Below the pieces are notes generated by a model, which did not search any database, had not been told where the DNA came from, and saw only the letters and a list, made by a program, of their open reading frames with translations. This document shows positions 30,786 through 43,522 of a stretch of 64,000 bases of DNA, piece by piece. Source of the DNA: Mizuhopecten yessoensis (taxonomy: Eukaryota); NCBI RefSeq assembly GCF_002113885.1, contig NW_018404512.1, positions 218,553 to 282,552 of the forward strand. Reading direction: 5' to 3'. Position 1 is the stretch's first letter. Each line of letters starts with the position of its first letter. A program made the translations under genes and the position numbers.

Positions 30786-33516
30786 CAGGTTTCTGAAGTA
30801 TATCTTTACTACCATTTCATATATGGACTTAAGATTTGGTACAAGTGTACATTATAATCAAACAAATGGGTTCAATTTAACCTCGGCAACATTTAAACAC
30901 AGCATGGGCTAAGGTCTGGGAAACTACTTCTACCATTTTATATACGAATGTCAGACTTTTAAGAAGGTAAGGTAGTCGGTGTAGTGAAGCAGAATGAGGT
31001 TCATGAGGCTACTGTTCATCTCGTTTAATTTGACCTCAAGTACTGAACGATGTTTATAAAGGAACAGATATGCGGGGAGAGGGGGTATCTTAAGCCCCTG
31101 CTGTAAGTTAAATTTAGTCAAGATCCACGAATAATGTGGAGAAATCCAGAGTCCCTCAGTGGTTAGAAGTATGCAATGTTAGAATAGGGAAACATTTTGT
31201 TATTGTGTCCAATCTCATATAAAACAATATCAAGATGTACCTCATTGACAATTTTGTAATTCATGGTGTTAAAATAGAAGATATACATGACCAAACAATT
31301 TCAATGATTGGGGTCAAAGTTAAAAATATAAGCAAGTCACTTTGCCATCTGGTAATACACCAGATTATCTAATTTGGTATCTTCAGGTGAATGGATACAA
31401 TAGATTTGTCATAACGTTTGGCCCAAAACATGGATGGACTTTGAAGTGTAAACCTTAAGTTCCCTCTGGCAGTATTAATGGGATACTGTTTAATGATGAG
31501 AAAAACAAAATTTTAAAGACGCAAGGTTTATTGTGAAATTTTTCAACATGGAACAAGACAAACAAGCTTCAGATACATTGATAATTAAACATCTTTGAAG
31601 CAAAAGGGAAATCATATGATCATTACAATACTTCTCAGACCTTTTCATGGATAACCACTTAATTTTTAATTAACGATTATCCAATGTTAGTAAGGTTAAA
31701 ATTGAAAATGTCCATATTTATGTTTGCTTTGTTGCAGTAAAAGGTGAACAAAGCAAACATAAGACAACAACCAGATTATGGATATATAACATGTCGCTCT
31801 TTTTCTACAGTTATGTATTCATTCTGTTGTCAAATATTCCTTGTTTGATTATCGTTAGACATTCAACACATTAGATGTCTCTTAATTCGGAGGTAACATT
31901 TCACGACAAGTCCAAAAAACCCACTTGAGAAAGTGAATCTTAAGTTCAAAATTAACACACAAATTGCAAACAACATAAATGTCATGCAAAAACAAATATA
32001 CAAGTAATGTGGTCATGTATAAAGATTTGCATATAAGATCAATATGAATAAAAAGATATTGATATAATGAACAATAATATTATTGAAACATGCATATTCA
32101 ATATTTATATGCATGCAACACCTCTGCTGAAGTGGTCCACAATAGTGAGATTCAGTAATGCTATCTCCTGTTTATACACAGGATCTCAGTAATAGGGAAT
32201 GCCCTGATCAAGAGTACCAAAGTGATATAGTAAATCAAACTCGTAAACAGAGTACACACTTTAAGTAAAACGTTATACTAGGAAAGGTTTAATATCAATA
32301 TTTACCCAATGTAAATTTCAGCAATGACAAGGAATTTCTCTGTTAGGTATGTTGTAAAACATGATTTGCTGTAATGATAAACTCACCCCAGTTTACAGTA
32401 GTAAACCAAAACTTGTAGAAGTAAATCACCCCAGTTTTTTACAGTAGTAAACCAAAACTTGTAGAAGTAAATCAACTCTGAGTACAGACTTGATGTAGTA
32501 AATCAATACTGAGTCCAGATTTGTAAACTAATAATTTATACTGAATAGATTTTGTAAACAATAAACACAGAATGGTTGAAGTTTTTGATTAAAACAGTTT
32601 TATTGATGTTTTTCTTATCTTTTCTAAAAAGTCACGTGATAAATTTAAAAGCAATGAAGGCATCCCTCTAATTTTGAAATCCACAGGATTTTGATATCAC
32701 ATCTTCTCTGCACCCTCTGAATATATCCCGACAGAAATAGAGAGACAGGGTCAGCTATCTGATGGGTACCACACGTAAAAACGACAGACACGTGTCCCTG
32801 AACTTTGAAGGTTACGTACATGCTCATCAGAGATGAAAGGCCATCAATTTAACCAGTTCATGTGCGATTCAACTTTATCTTGATTCAAATCACTACACAG
32901 AAATAAAGAACTAGGGTTTGTACCTTCTACAAGGTGGCACATACAAAGACTTTGATTCTGTCACGACATATGCAAAGGGTGCAGAGCAGATATTCGAGTT
33001 GAACCCTAAGATTCTGAAGATGGCATCCCACACTGGCGTAACATAAATTAGCAGCAATACGGGTGTCTTACACAGGGCAGTGATATAAAACAAGCAGCAA
33101 TGAAGGTGTCCCACAGACAGCCTGTTGGTGTAATACATCAAATAGCACGGCTACCTGCCCTCTTGGCAACAATACATCAAAATTTGAATACAACATCAAC
33201 TGTCACTATTGCACTTTGCCGCAGGAAATTTTCATTCATGTGGTCTCTCACTGTTCAAACTTTTTCTTTGAGGATCTAAAAGAATGAAGTAAAACACATC
33301 AACATTTAGGATTTCATGGTCAAGATTATTATTTGATCCTTGATTTAAAATATCTAGATATCGAACATCCTTAATTTGATATAGCAAAATATTATTGTTG
33401 TTTTGATGCAGCTAGGTTTAACAGCTAAATATAAGATAAAAATAAAATCTAAAATTAATGTGTAATGCAAGACTATGCAAACAGGACATTAATTCTCTCA
33501 AAGAAAATGGAGATGC

Positions 33517-33659
33517 TTACTTTTTCTTGCTCTTTGGAGATGTAGACTGGAATACACTACTGGCAGCCATGAGGTTTTCTATGTACTGACCCAGCACCTG
33601 GTTCTCCGACTTCAGCTTCAGATTCTCCTCCTTTACAGTGTCCACACGTGATGACAGGT
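33517..33659 (-). CDS. SCOC: SCOC terminal coding exon
   Basis: [31 protein letters not shown]...SKKK then TAA. Confidence 0.95.
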
Positions 33660-36600
33660 CTGTAACCAGGGCAAACAAACATAACGGGAAGGTAATCAAG
33701 ACAACAAAATATTATACGTCTGTTATCATGTCAACACAACAGGATCATAGCTATAAAAAAAGTATAATATTCTATAAAGAAGTTTATACTTTTTAGTTTG
33801 GATATCAGTCATATAAACCATATGATCTCACATATACTTAAACTACCAATATAAAAACAAAAAAAATGGCTGATTCTATCTGCTTTTGTTCATTTTGGTT
33901 GAATTTGCAATTCGTATAGAGAGTGAAGTCCTTTGTCATTAATAGAGCTTTTTGTATCGGCCAATCTGATTAAAATCATCTGTTACATGGCTCCGCCTGA
34001 ACATCTGAATGTGCCCCGGTCAGGGTCACGTTCAAGTGACCTTTAGATGAACCAATCAGAGGCGCACTGGCAAAATTTGCCAGCGAATCGGAATATCATG
34101 GTCGATACATAAATAGCGAGGGGTATCGAACAGATTAGTTTTCCAAGATTGATTGGTCAAAATTTAATGAGTATTTATAAATATAAAGGTCACCTGAAAG
34201 TGACCCTGACCGCGGCATACTCAGATGTTTAGGCGTAGTACGAAGTTAACGAAGCCATGTAACATATGATTTTAATCAGATTGTGTATCGGCAGACCCGA
34301 CAGAGAATTAAAAGTTGTTTGTATAAGTAAAAGTGACCTACCATCCAGTGTATTCTGTAGCTCCATCACCTGGGCGATGAGGCGCTGCTTCTCTTCCTCC
34401 TCGTCTGGGTTCACATCCAGGTCAAGGCCTGCATTTGAAGTAAAAAATCAACCACATTAAAAAGGATATTGAATAGTCGCACATTAGAAATGATATATAT
34501 TTTCGAACATCTGTGTTTTCCTCTGGTCACAGGAAAATATCCTCTTCATCAGGATGATGAATTACTGTATAATCTGTACAGATAACGTCAAACCATTTAA
34601 TTTGATTCACTCAATTTAAGCATTGTGCAATCTGGCATATCTAACTTTCCAACACAGAAAACATACAGAGTCTTGACAAATAGGTGACTGGCCAGACATG
34701 GTTTTTATATAAGGTTATATAAGTGTTAATATGATATAAAAAAAATCACTAAATGGTAATTGTGAAATTATGATGATGGCACACAACCATAATTCAGTGT
34801 TACAAATTTACCACTGAAAAGTAATATTTGAAGTTTATTTAACATAAATTCAAGATAATTTTTCATGCAACATTTATTTGTTGGTCTCTGTGGGAAAGGT
34901 TTATATCACACAGGTGTTAATGGACTTACTGCTGTAAGTGTCTGTCCGAACTTCCCCAGGGTTGATGAATGGATGGTCAACAGTTTTCACATCTCCTGGA
35001 AAAATTTCATCAAATAAACAGGTGAATTAAGTAAATACAAATTATCAATTTTGTCACTTTAAGTATCAAACAACAATGCTATTTCTGAATATTTAAGATA
35101 GTAAACCATCTTGAAGAACTTATACAGTACAATTTGTAAGCTACTGGGTTCAACACGTACATAATCCTGAATGTTAAGAATATGCATTTTAATCTTTTTA
35201 TGTACATTTTACCAACACAGAAAAGAAAAAGAAAAAAAATCACTTTGTGTAAAAAAAATATCTTTTTTTTCCTTCTAGAGACAAGTTTGTTTAAATATTC
35301 CAGAAAGAAGTTTGATACAGAGGGATTCTCAATCTTATAGAACTTTAATCTCTGTGTTACGTCTATCACTGATGGCCAGTTTCTGATAAGTCATTTTCCA
35401 AATCGAACACTTATGCTCTCTATAATATCACATATTTTCTCTGCACCCTTGGATTTTGTCAAGACAGAATTGAAGTCCCTGTACACACCACATTGCTTAG
35501 TTAACTAGACCTGCACACCTCCTTCATGGTATTGCATAACGATAAAGCAGAATAACCAGATGTTTTTGTACAGACTTCAGTGATAATGACCTTTGACCTT
35601 GTAACTTCAAAATCTAGAAGTTCCTCATAACCATTAGAAAACGGTACTCTTATAAGGAAATAAGAGTATTGACTAATCCTATTAAATTTCAAGGTCTTCC
35701 AGGCAAATAGATATAAATAATCACTGATACATTATCCATAAAATAGATTTTATCTTATCACAGAAAAAAAGTATCCAATCCCATGTTTCTATGGGAGTTA
35801 CAGTTTTTGACTGTGATATGGGGACATCCTTAAATCTATTTTAAAAGAATCAGTGATTATCTCCCTTTACATGTGATACAATTCCAAATTCCTCCAAAAA
35901 ACCCCAAAAGAGCAACACCAGGATACACATTATTATGTACATACCTTTCCTTGTCTTTTTGCAGAAGAAAATTAGGGATTTGTCAAACTAGTATAATGAT
36001 CATAGCATAATGGGGGATTTCAAATGCAAGAGGTAGTAAACAGACAACTCCTTTTGAAGTTTCAAGTTAAAATTCTTAAAATGATCTAAGAATTTGTTAG
36101 TCTAAAATTGTAAATGGAGAAAAGATTGCAACAGAAGTGAACTACAACAATCTACTATGATCAAGTACACTTCTGCCAATCCTAAGAAATATCTGTGTGT
36201 TGTCTTTTCTCTCTTGAACGGGATTTTGGGAATTTAAAGAGTAATAAGATGACTGTATGTGTTCACTAATAATGATGCCATTCAGGGGCACCTGGACACC
36301 TCAAACAAGTCGGACAGACAGCTCACTCATTATTCTTGCAATAGACTTATCAAAGGTGCCTAAAACAGACACAGGGGATCAAAAATATACGACATGTGTG
36401 CAGTCAGTTAATAGATGCTCCAAGATTTTATTTAATATATTGGACCATCTAATATCCCCTTTCACATAAGTTTGGACTTTATAGCTGAGCAAGCTAATTA
36501 TTTACCTGCTCAGCTGGGGATGTATATGTATAAGCAGAAATTCTATCAATGCATGTTCATGACCACCCCTGATCCACTGTAGCGGAACTAGACTTGGTCG

Positions 36601-37187
36601 TTCATTGGCGACCAGGTAGCTCAATTGGTAAAGCGTCCATCTAGAGTTTGGAAGGTCCCGGGTTCAAACCCCGGTCTGGCTGGCATTCTCCCTCTCCTAA
36701 CTTACAGTGGTGCATGTGATCACCCAACCCTTGTTTCAAGTATTGGTGTATGCTTGGCAAGGGGACATTTATATTGAGTCTTGGGACCACGGGTACTTAA
36801 TAAGTCTTTTCTGTAAATACACTAATGTTAATATTATGGGTGTACCCGTGTTAGGACAGTCTTTACAGACTTACTGTGACAAGACTGACCCGAGTACCAG
36901 TAGAAAGGCCCAAAGCTCTAATACGACTGAATTTAGGCCATCAAGAACTGTAATCTTCCTCTTTACATTACTACTGCAAAATGTCAACTGCAATAATCGT
37001 TATTTACATCACATCATTCAAATTGTGGAGTTCTGAATAAGAGACTGTGTACAGAATATTCGCTGTACTTGTAACCAGACAACATAATAAATTATCGCAT
37101 GCATACAAACAAATGAGTCGAACCTGTGTCACTATCGCTAGAAAGAGGCACGTTAAAGAGATTTTCTTTGTTGGTTCCCGTGGACAT
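33517..37187 (-). CDS. SCOC: Short coiled-coil protein (SCOC/UNC-69 family), 4 coding exons, 119 aa
   Basis: Exons 37187-37124, 34995-34930, 34428-34342 and 33659-33517 join in frame (360 nt). Conserved core [58 protein letters not shown]. Confidence 0.92.
33962..34283. mobile_element. MITE with CAATCTGATTAAAATCAT ends and a perfect 9-bp TSD
   Basis: tgtatcggc at 33953-33961 and 34284-34292; long imperfect TIRs; ends related to the 2305-2925 element. Confidence 0.9.
34342..34428 (-). CDS. SCOC: SCOC coding exon 3
   Basis: [28 protein letters not shown]. Confidence 0.93.
34930..34995 (-). CDS. SCOC: SCOC coding exon 2
   Basis: [21 protein letters not shown]; tttttccag acceptor, gtaagt donor, phase 1-1. 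Confidence 0.75.
36578..36800 (+). mobile_element. tRNA-containing LTR (TG...CA, 36578-36706) plus PBS and internal region
   Basis: TGtagcggaact...tRNA-like 36610-36677 (tagctcaattgg, ggttcaaacc)...ttaCA, then gTGGtgc and an internal sequence homologous to 3913-4024 (-). Confidence 0.8.
37124..37187 (-). CDS. SCOC: SCOC coding exon 1 (coding part)
   Basis: [21 protein letters not shown](G); in-frame stop 24 nt upstream; phase matches the next exon; donor gttcga is weak. Confidence 0.65.
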
Positions 37188-37465
37188 TGTGCTGTATTCT
37201 TGTGCCCGTATTTATACAAGACCAGGCGAAGATGGCGATAAATCGGCGACTTCAGATGCTGGACAGGTCCCAAGGCAAGCCTCACAGTATGACTCAACAG
37301 TCAACAGGCAGTCTGTAGATGAAACAGAGAGATACAAAATGACGCATTATACCAGGAATTAATAACCGTATAACAATACTGAAAAAGATATCAAGCAAAC
37401 ATTTAAACGTGAAGTAATATTTACAATATACTTGCTTAACATTTACAACTAACATCAGTCGCCAT

Positions 37466-37560
37466 ATTGGATTTTTATTCAAGTCACATGACTGTGACGT
37501 CACGATAAGGTGCTCGTTCACACACGAGTTCATTCAAGCTGTCAACAAACCACGAGGAAT
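37466..37560. promoter_or_regulatory. Bidirectional promoter (SCOC / WW-domain gene) with CLEAR/M-box-like and CRE motifs
   Basis: GTCACATGAC 37483-37492 lies next to the palindrome GTGACGTCAC 37494-37503; CpG-richer than the surroundings; first-exon-like donors on both sides. Confidence 0.6.
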
Positions 37561-37653
37561 GTCGACTGAGAGTGACAAGCCTTAAAATGTCGGACGCTAC
37601 CTCGACTGTCTCGCGGACTCCATAACGACCGGAATCAGTCATGTCTCTCACTT
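37540..37653 (+). other. Probable non-coding first exon of the WW-domain gene
   Basis: CpG-rich stretch ending in a perfect gtaagt donor at 37654; only short ORFs. The start coordinate is approximate. Confidence 0.5.
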
Positions 37654-39157
37654 GTAAGTAGAACTATTTCACACAAATGATTAACAGCGGTGTGTATTTT
37701 AGAGTTTATTTATGTTTTGGAGTATGAGCGAAAAAAGTGAAAAAAAATTGGCCTGAGAAATTAGTAGGATATATATCGCTCTGATTGTCAGTGGCCCACT
37801 TGTCACACCTGTGTGCTTTTGCTTTTGTTATAAATCACAGAAACACCTACAACCCTTCCCTTTGTACCGACATCACGGTCATCACATAAACATGCTCCCC
37901 AACCACAGACAGACCCCCTAATTCTTCTGTATTTCTCACAGACGGGAGGATAAAGTGATATTTTAGATAAAATCTTTACCCTGCCAAACAATCATATACT
38001 AGTTTTTCATTTTTTATTTATCACAGTGGTACAATTGTACTTACAGCATGTCGTGTGAACATTTTATTCATCTTTTTGTTACTTTTTGATGTTGAGTATT
38101 TACTGATTTTGTTATATTGTTAGTTGGGTTCACTCAGGTATACCATGATTTAATTTTGCGATGACAGGTAGATTTGTTTGTAGGAAAATAATAAGTCGGT
38201 GTTAAAGATCTGAGTAAGAGACACAGTGGCACACACTGTCCTATATATCTCAATCTGATAAGGGAAGAGCCCGATGGCAAACAGTGTCCAACACAAGTTA
38301 TCCCTACATACCTCTTTTAAATTTTAAAACAGTGTTTTGTGACAAATTTGAAAGCCCTATGTATATCTGTGTTGTAAGATAAATGTTTTTGAGATATGCA
38401 ACACATGTCAAAACACGACATGGTGTCTAATGTGATGACCCAGATATGTTACAAGATATATAGACACTTGTGTTTTTTTAACAATAAGTAAATATTTAAA
38501 CTATTTCAAGTCAATTTTTACGAAAGTCAACAATTCTGACGTGCTAGCCTGCCAGGTTATGTGTAAGTGTACCATTTAGTCCCACAGGACAGGTGAGATT
38601 ATTAAGTGGTGTAACGATATATCATACTGGAACAGTAGTAGGTATTTCTAAGTCTAACCAAGGGATTAGTAACCTACAGGCCGGACAGAGGGTGTGTGTG
38701 TACTATTTACACAAAACCCTGAATTACCCATATGTTTATACATATCACACCCAAACTATAGTATTTCTAAAGCTTAATGATAAAAGAAATGAGCACTACT
38801 AGTTTTTTGTTTTTTTATTACAACTGATTAAAAACAAAAATGCATATCAAAATTATTCTGTATATAAGTGAAAATCATTACTAAAATTTAGTATTATTTT
38901 CCTAGAGAAGCAACTGTAAAACTGTCATTAAATAAATAGCTTATGTATACAGCTTATATAACGTTAACTACACCAGTGATACACACATACCACTTATACA
39001 TAGGTATTAGGTAGCATTAGCACATATTAACATGTTTGATAATAGGAATAATATTGGCAACCTCCAATTACACACTGTATAGTAGTTACACACTGTAGAG
39101 TAATACTTGAGTTTGTTATAATGAGGTGGTTTTACACACAACCATGAGTACTTAATA

Positions 39158-39343
39158 CAGTCCAACATGCTGATGTGACCACCTCTGTAAACAGACCATC
39201 TGTGTTAAGAGACATCTTTAAATGTTCCTCATTGTAGCAAATTTATTGTAAACTGAACTTGTGTTAAGATACCAGTTTGGTTACTAATAGAGATCACTGT
39301 TTAAGGACCCACTGAGGGTGATCTCTTATAACAGGTTTGACTG
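39158..39343. mobile_element. Tc1/mariner-type MITE
   Basis: ta|cagtccaacatg ... caggtttgactg|ta with internal gacca(c/t)ct repeats. Confidence 0.65.
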
Positions 39344-40914
39344 TAGTTAGATATTTATTTAGATGTTTCTTCCTAGCACAATCACATCGTTCAAATTTAA
39401 AAATGGACTACATTTACATAACTCTTCACAGGTACAAGTTTACTTCTTTTAAATATATTCTCCTCAGTCATAGAGAGCCTTTCTATCAGTTATGATCAAA
39501 TTATATAGATATCCAATACATCATATTGAGTAACACTTCGCTGTCGTCATAACTGTGAGGTAATTGAAATAAATAGATCTGTCAATCTGTATTTTATGGT
39601 TGGCAGGTCTTGTAACGGTGTAGCATACATGCTAACCTCTTAATTTTTCTTCTGTAGGCCTGCCAAAGAAGTTAATTCATATTTTAAATTTGTGTTTATG
39701 ATTATAAGTTGAAACTAAAAATACAGAAGGGTCAGTAAGTTGTAAAGTATTTTTTTCAATCGGTCTACTATTTCTGATTACAAACTGATCATTGATTATG
39801 ATTATCAAATGACTGCCTACCAATATATGTAGGATTTAGTGATGTTGTCACATGTTCTACTGATCTTGAAGTTGAAAATCACAGTATATAAGACTTTGCT
39901 TATACGTAGTGACAGTGCCCTATATAGCTGGAAACCTAGCATTACTCTTCAATAGACCTACAATTCATACCGTCAAATAATACAATCAGTACAATTCGAT
40001 GATTTCGAAGATTTCAAAGGAACTTGCCTTATCATGCATTCAATACTAGTCCTATGCCACCTGGTTTGTACCTCCAGGTATGTGTATGTCACCTAACTGC
40101 AATGATGAAGCAAAAGATACAGTGAGCGCAGCACCGACCCAAAACCATTTTATACCCCACCTAGGTTATTTGAGCAGATTAGGAAGGAGTCACTTTCCCG
40201 GAAAGTCCATGTTACAATGTCAGTCAGTGTGAAAGGCCAGTTTACCTATATCTGACAATTTCTAGGTGAAAAACTCTGTAACAAAATCTGAAAATGTCTT
40301 AAATATATGTACCAGCACCACTGTCAGTCAAAATAAGTTAGGTGTTCATTGTAAATGAATTAATTGAATTTAAGCAAAACTAAAGGTTTTGTATTTCAAT
40401 TTGAAAGTGAATGTAAAAATTGTCTCATTCCAAAATATAGAGAATTTGCAAGTCCTGATTGCAGATTATTGGTCCTGTAATAAATTGGTTAAATAATAGT
40501 GAATCAACCTGGTTCAGTTTACAGGTAGATATATGTGCAATTCAAAATCAGTTTTATCGAGAAATTGAAGAAAAAAAAATTAATTTATTTGTCATTTGAA
40601 TTGCCGGATTGATTTCAATATCAAATTTAAATTCTAAACCATGGTATCTATTTAAATGTAGAAAGAGAAATTAAATACGCTATAATATCATCAATCATGC
40701 ATGAGAAATAATGCAGAAATTGACAGGTGACCTTTCAGACTATCAATATATACACAACTTATTACTTGCCCTATAGATCTGTTCTAATAAAATATGTTGC
40801 TGGAAATGAAGTATATATTTTGTTTTGTAGCACCATATCTAGTAGTCCTTCACTGTGTATGTATATACGCTTACCAAATTTAGCCATTAAATGGTTAAGA
40901 TAGTCAAATTAGAC

Positions 40915-41280
40915 AGAGTTCAGAGGTCACAGTAAACTAATTGACAACCCATGGATTGTACTGCAATCTGTAGGATGTCCAAGGTCACAGTAAACTATAA
41001 GACAGTCCTTGGATTGAACTGAAGTTTGGCAAAGGTCAAATGTCACAGTAAACTATTAGCCCCTGTATGGTATTGCAGTCTAACTGAGGTCACAGTAAAG
41101 TAATAGTCCATTATCAAGTAATTGTACAACAGTCTGTAAGAGAAAAACAATTAGACAACCAGTGTATTGTACTGTGGTCAGTCTGACTTCAGAGGTCACA
41201 ATTTAAACGTTACAAGGATTGGACTCCAGTCTGTGTTTACAGTGAGCTATAAGCCAGTCCATGTATTGGACTGAAGTCTT
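40915..41280. repeat. Degenerate ~59-bp tandem repeat
   Basis: Recurring aggtcacagtaaacta...attg(t/g)actg. Confidence 0.6.
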
Positions 41281-41399
41281 GATTACAAAATTTCAGGGGT
41301 GAATGAGTTACAGATTCATGTTCTGCAGTCTTAGTTCTGAATTCAGTGACCAGAGTAAACTAATGTTGTATAATACTGTATATATATAAGGCTCTTTTT

Positions 41400-42876
41400 A
41401 AATCTATCTGTATAATACCAGAAGACCTCGATTCCGAGTACCGTATAATATCAGGGTTGGAGGAGTGTGCTTGGGATTCAATTCATTGATAATAGTTTTA
41501 AAAGTTTTGAAGTCAGATGTTTTGACCAGATCTGCTGGGAGGTTGTTCCAATCAGTGATGGTACGTGGAAAGAATGAGCTCTAATACATATCAGTATTAC
41601 ACAGAAACTGCCCGAACTTTTCACTGTTTTTAGCAATTGTTTGATGCGGCCATGACTGATCTACACGTATGTCAACTAGCTCCTTCTTACTACTGATCTA
41701 CATGTATGGCCACTAGCATCTTCTTACTACTGATCTACATGTATGGCCACTAGCTCCTTCTTACTGATCTACATGTATGTCAACTAGCTCCTTCTTACTG
41801 ATCTACATGTATGGCCACTAGCTTCATCTTACTGATCTACATGTATGGCCACTAGCTCCTTTTTACTGATCTACATGTATGGCCACTAGCTTCTTCTTAC
41901 TGATCTGCATGTATGGCCACTAGCTCCTTCTTACTGATCTACATGTGTGGTCTCTAGCTCCTTCTTACTGATCTACATGTATGTCAACTAGCTCCTTCTT
42001 ACTGATCTACATGTATGCCAACTAGCTTCTTCTTACTACTGATCTACATGTATGGCAACTAGCTTCTTCTTACTACTGATCTACATGTATGGCCACTAGC
42101 TCCTTCTTTCTGATCTACATGTATGGCAGCTAGCATCTTCTTACTTCTGATCTACATGTATGGCCACTAGCTCCTTTTTACTGATCTACATGTATGGCCA
42201 CTAGCTTCTTCTTCCTGATCTACATGTATGGCCACTAGCATCTTCTTACTTCTGATCTACATGTATTGCCACTAGCTCCTTCTTACTGATCTACATGTGT
42301 GGTCTCTAGCTCCTTCTTACTGATCTACATGTATTGCCACTAGCATCTTCTTCCTTCTGATCTACATGTATGGCCACTAGCTCCTTCTTGCTGATCTACA
42401 TGTATGGCCACTAGCATCTTCTTCCTACTGATCTACATGTATGGCCACTAGCTCCTTATTACTGATCTACATGTATGTCAACTAGCTCCTTCTTACTGAT
42501 CTACATGCATGGCCACTAGCTTCTTCTTACTGATCTACATGAATGGCCACTAGCTCCTTCTTACTGATCTACATGTATTGCCACTAGCATCTTCTTCCTT
42601 CTGATCTACATGTATGGCCACTAGCTCCTTCTTGCTGATCTACATGTATGGCCACTAGCATCTTCTTACTGATCTACATGTATGGCCACTAGCTCCTTCT
42701 TACTGATCGACATGTATGGTCACTAGCTCCTTCACAACTTTATAGAAGAGGACAAGTCGATGGTCCCTTCTGCTATCCCGGAGTGATGGTAGTTTTGGGG
42801 CATCCAGCATTGACATCGCACTGCTTCTTCTCCGGAAATCAGATGTTATGAACCAGGCAGCACGACGTTGTATCAT
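41400..42876 (-). mobile_element. 3' fragment of a non-LTR retrotransposon (LINE ORF2 C-terminus), interrupted by a minisatellite
   Basis: Minus strand: IQRRAAWFITSDFRRRSSAMSMLDAPKLPSLRDSRRDHRLVLFYKVVKEL ... SSFFPRTITDWNNLP, typical LINE C-terminal motifs. Confidence 0.85.
41655..42732. repeat. 34/37-bp minisatellite (tgatctacatgtatggccactagctccttcttac)
   Basis: About 30 tandem copies. Confidence 0.95.
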
Positions 42877-43006
42877 TGTTTATCCTAAATCATCTATATA
42901 TTGCCATACTTCAAAAGATAGTACAGTAAATTGTGATCTTTGTGATAAATATCATAAGAAAAAAACTCATTAGGGGACTGTTTGGACTCCAACCTGCAGA
43001 TGGACG

Positions 43007-43522
43007 GCTCCTACCTTTATATTGACATGTAGACTAGCTCCTACCTTTATATTGACATGTAGACTAGCTCCCTACCTTTATATTGACAGGAAGACTAGCT
43101 CCCTACCTTTATATTGACATGTAGACTAGCTCCTTACCTTTATATTGACATGTAGACTAGCTCCCTACCTTTATATTGACATGTAGACTAGCCCCTACCT
43201 TTGTATTGACATGTAGACTATAGCCCCTACCTTTATATTGACATGTAGACTAGCTCCTACCTTTATATTGACAGGTAGACTAGCTCCCTACCTTTATATT
43301 GACATGTAGACTAGATCCTTACCTTTATATTGACATGTAGACTAGCTCCCTACCTTTATATTGACAGGGTAGACTAGCCCCCTACCTTTATATTGCCATG
43401 TAGACAAGCTCCTACCTTTATATTGACAGGGTAGACTAGCTCACTACCTTTATATTGACATGTAGACTAGCTCCCTACCTTAATATTGACATGTAGACTA
43501 GCTCCTTACCTTTATATTGACA
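43007..43522. repeat. 30-31-bp minisatellite (ctacctttatattgacatgtagactagctcc)
   Basis: About 17 tandem copies. Confidence 0.95.

Noticed and set aside
36610-36677. Functional tRNA gene
   Set aside because: The anticodon stem is imperfect, and the sequence is embedded in a TG..CA repeat present in several diverged copies. It is better explained as part of an LTR.
41655-43522. 30-37-bp tandem repeats resembling CRISPR arrays in unit size
   Set aside because: The units are head-to-tail with no unique spacers, there are no cas genes, and the context is eukaryotic.
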